Positions 63,681 to 64,000 of a DNA stretch of 64,000 bases are shown piece by piece. The notes beneath the pieces are model-generated. The model ran no database searches. It worked only from the letters and a program-made list of their open reading frames with translations, and had not been told where the DNA came from. The position numbers and the translations under genes are program-made. Source of the DNA: Tubiluchus corallicola (taxonomy: Eukaryota; Animalia; Priapulida); contig JAQGDQ010000319.1 of NCBI GenBank assembly GCA_030141605.1, forward strand, positions 124,001-188,000. The letters are read 5' to 3'. Numbering within the stretch: position 1 is the first letter of the stretch; every line of letters starts with the position of its first letter.

Positions 63681-64000
63681 TGTTAGAATGGAATATGTTA
63701 CTTATATGAAATGCATGGATATCAAATGCCCACCAGGAGGAAATTATGATGTATTTCACTAAACATAGTGCAAAAGAAAACTAATTTAAACGTATTTCCG
63801 CAAATGTTAAAAGAAGCAAAGAAAATACAATCTAGATGCATCCTAGGCAGAATTTTTATCAATAAAAATGACATGTAAGTCTAAAATCCGTCCTTAATGG
63901 AACATGCTAGCCGTCTTTGGAATTCATACTAGACATGCTTAACTGCTCAAGGTTGTTCAGAGAAGGACTACAAAGATAGTTGAGTGTCTAATATTGGTAA

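Overview
Eukaryotic (metazoan, probably invertebrate) AT-rich genomic DNA; no prokaryotic features. It contains two convergent intron-rich genes, which I reconstructed by hand from GT-AG junctions and recalled homology. On + is the 3' part of VPS13D (18 exons, 95-26379, about 869 C-terminal aa). On - is nearly all of ABAT/GABA transaminase (12 exons, 63227-35534; the first coding exon lies beyond the window). About a third of the window is ~25 mutually unrelated minisatellites, and these account for nearly all long ORFs in the track. Mobile elements include three solo LTRs of one family, three hAT-type MITEs with TSDs, a pogo-like MITE, two Helitron-like copies, a 5S rRNA-headed SINE family and LINE remnants. 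The most striking pattern is that four arrays were amplified from the genes' own exon-intron junctions, giving arrays of splice donors or acceptors. One of these has units that read as in-frame 21-nt microexons. Two other arrays grew at the 5'-truncated ends of LINE fragments. No functional evidence is available from sequence alone.
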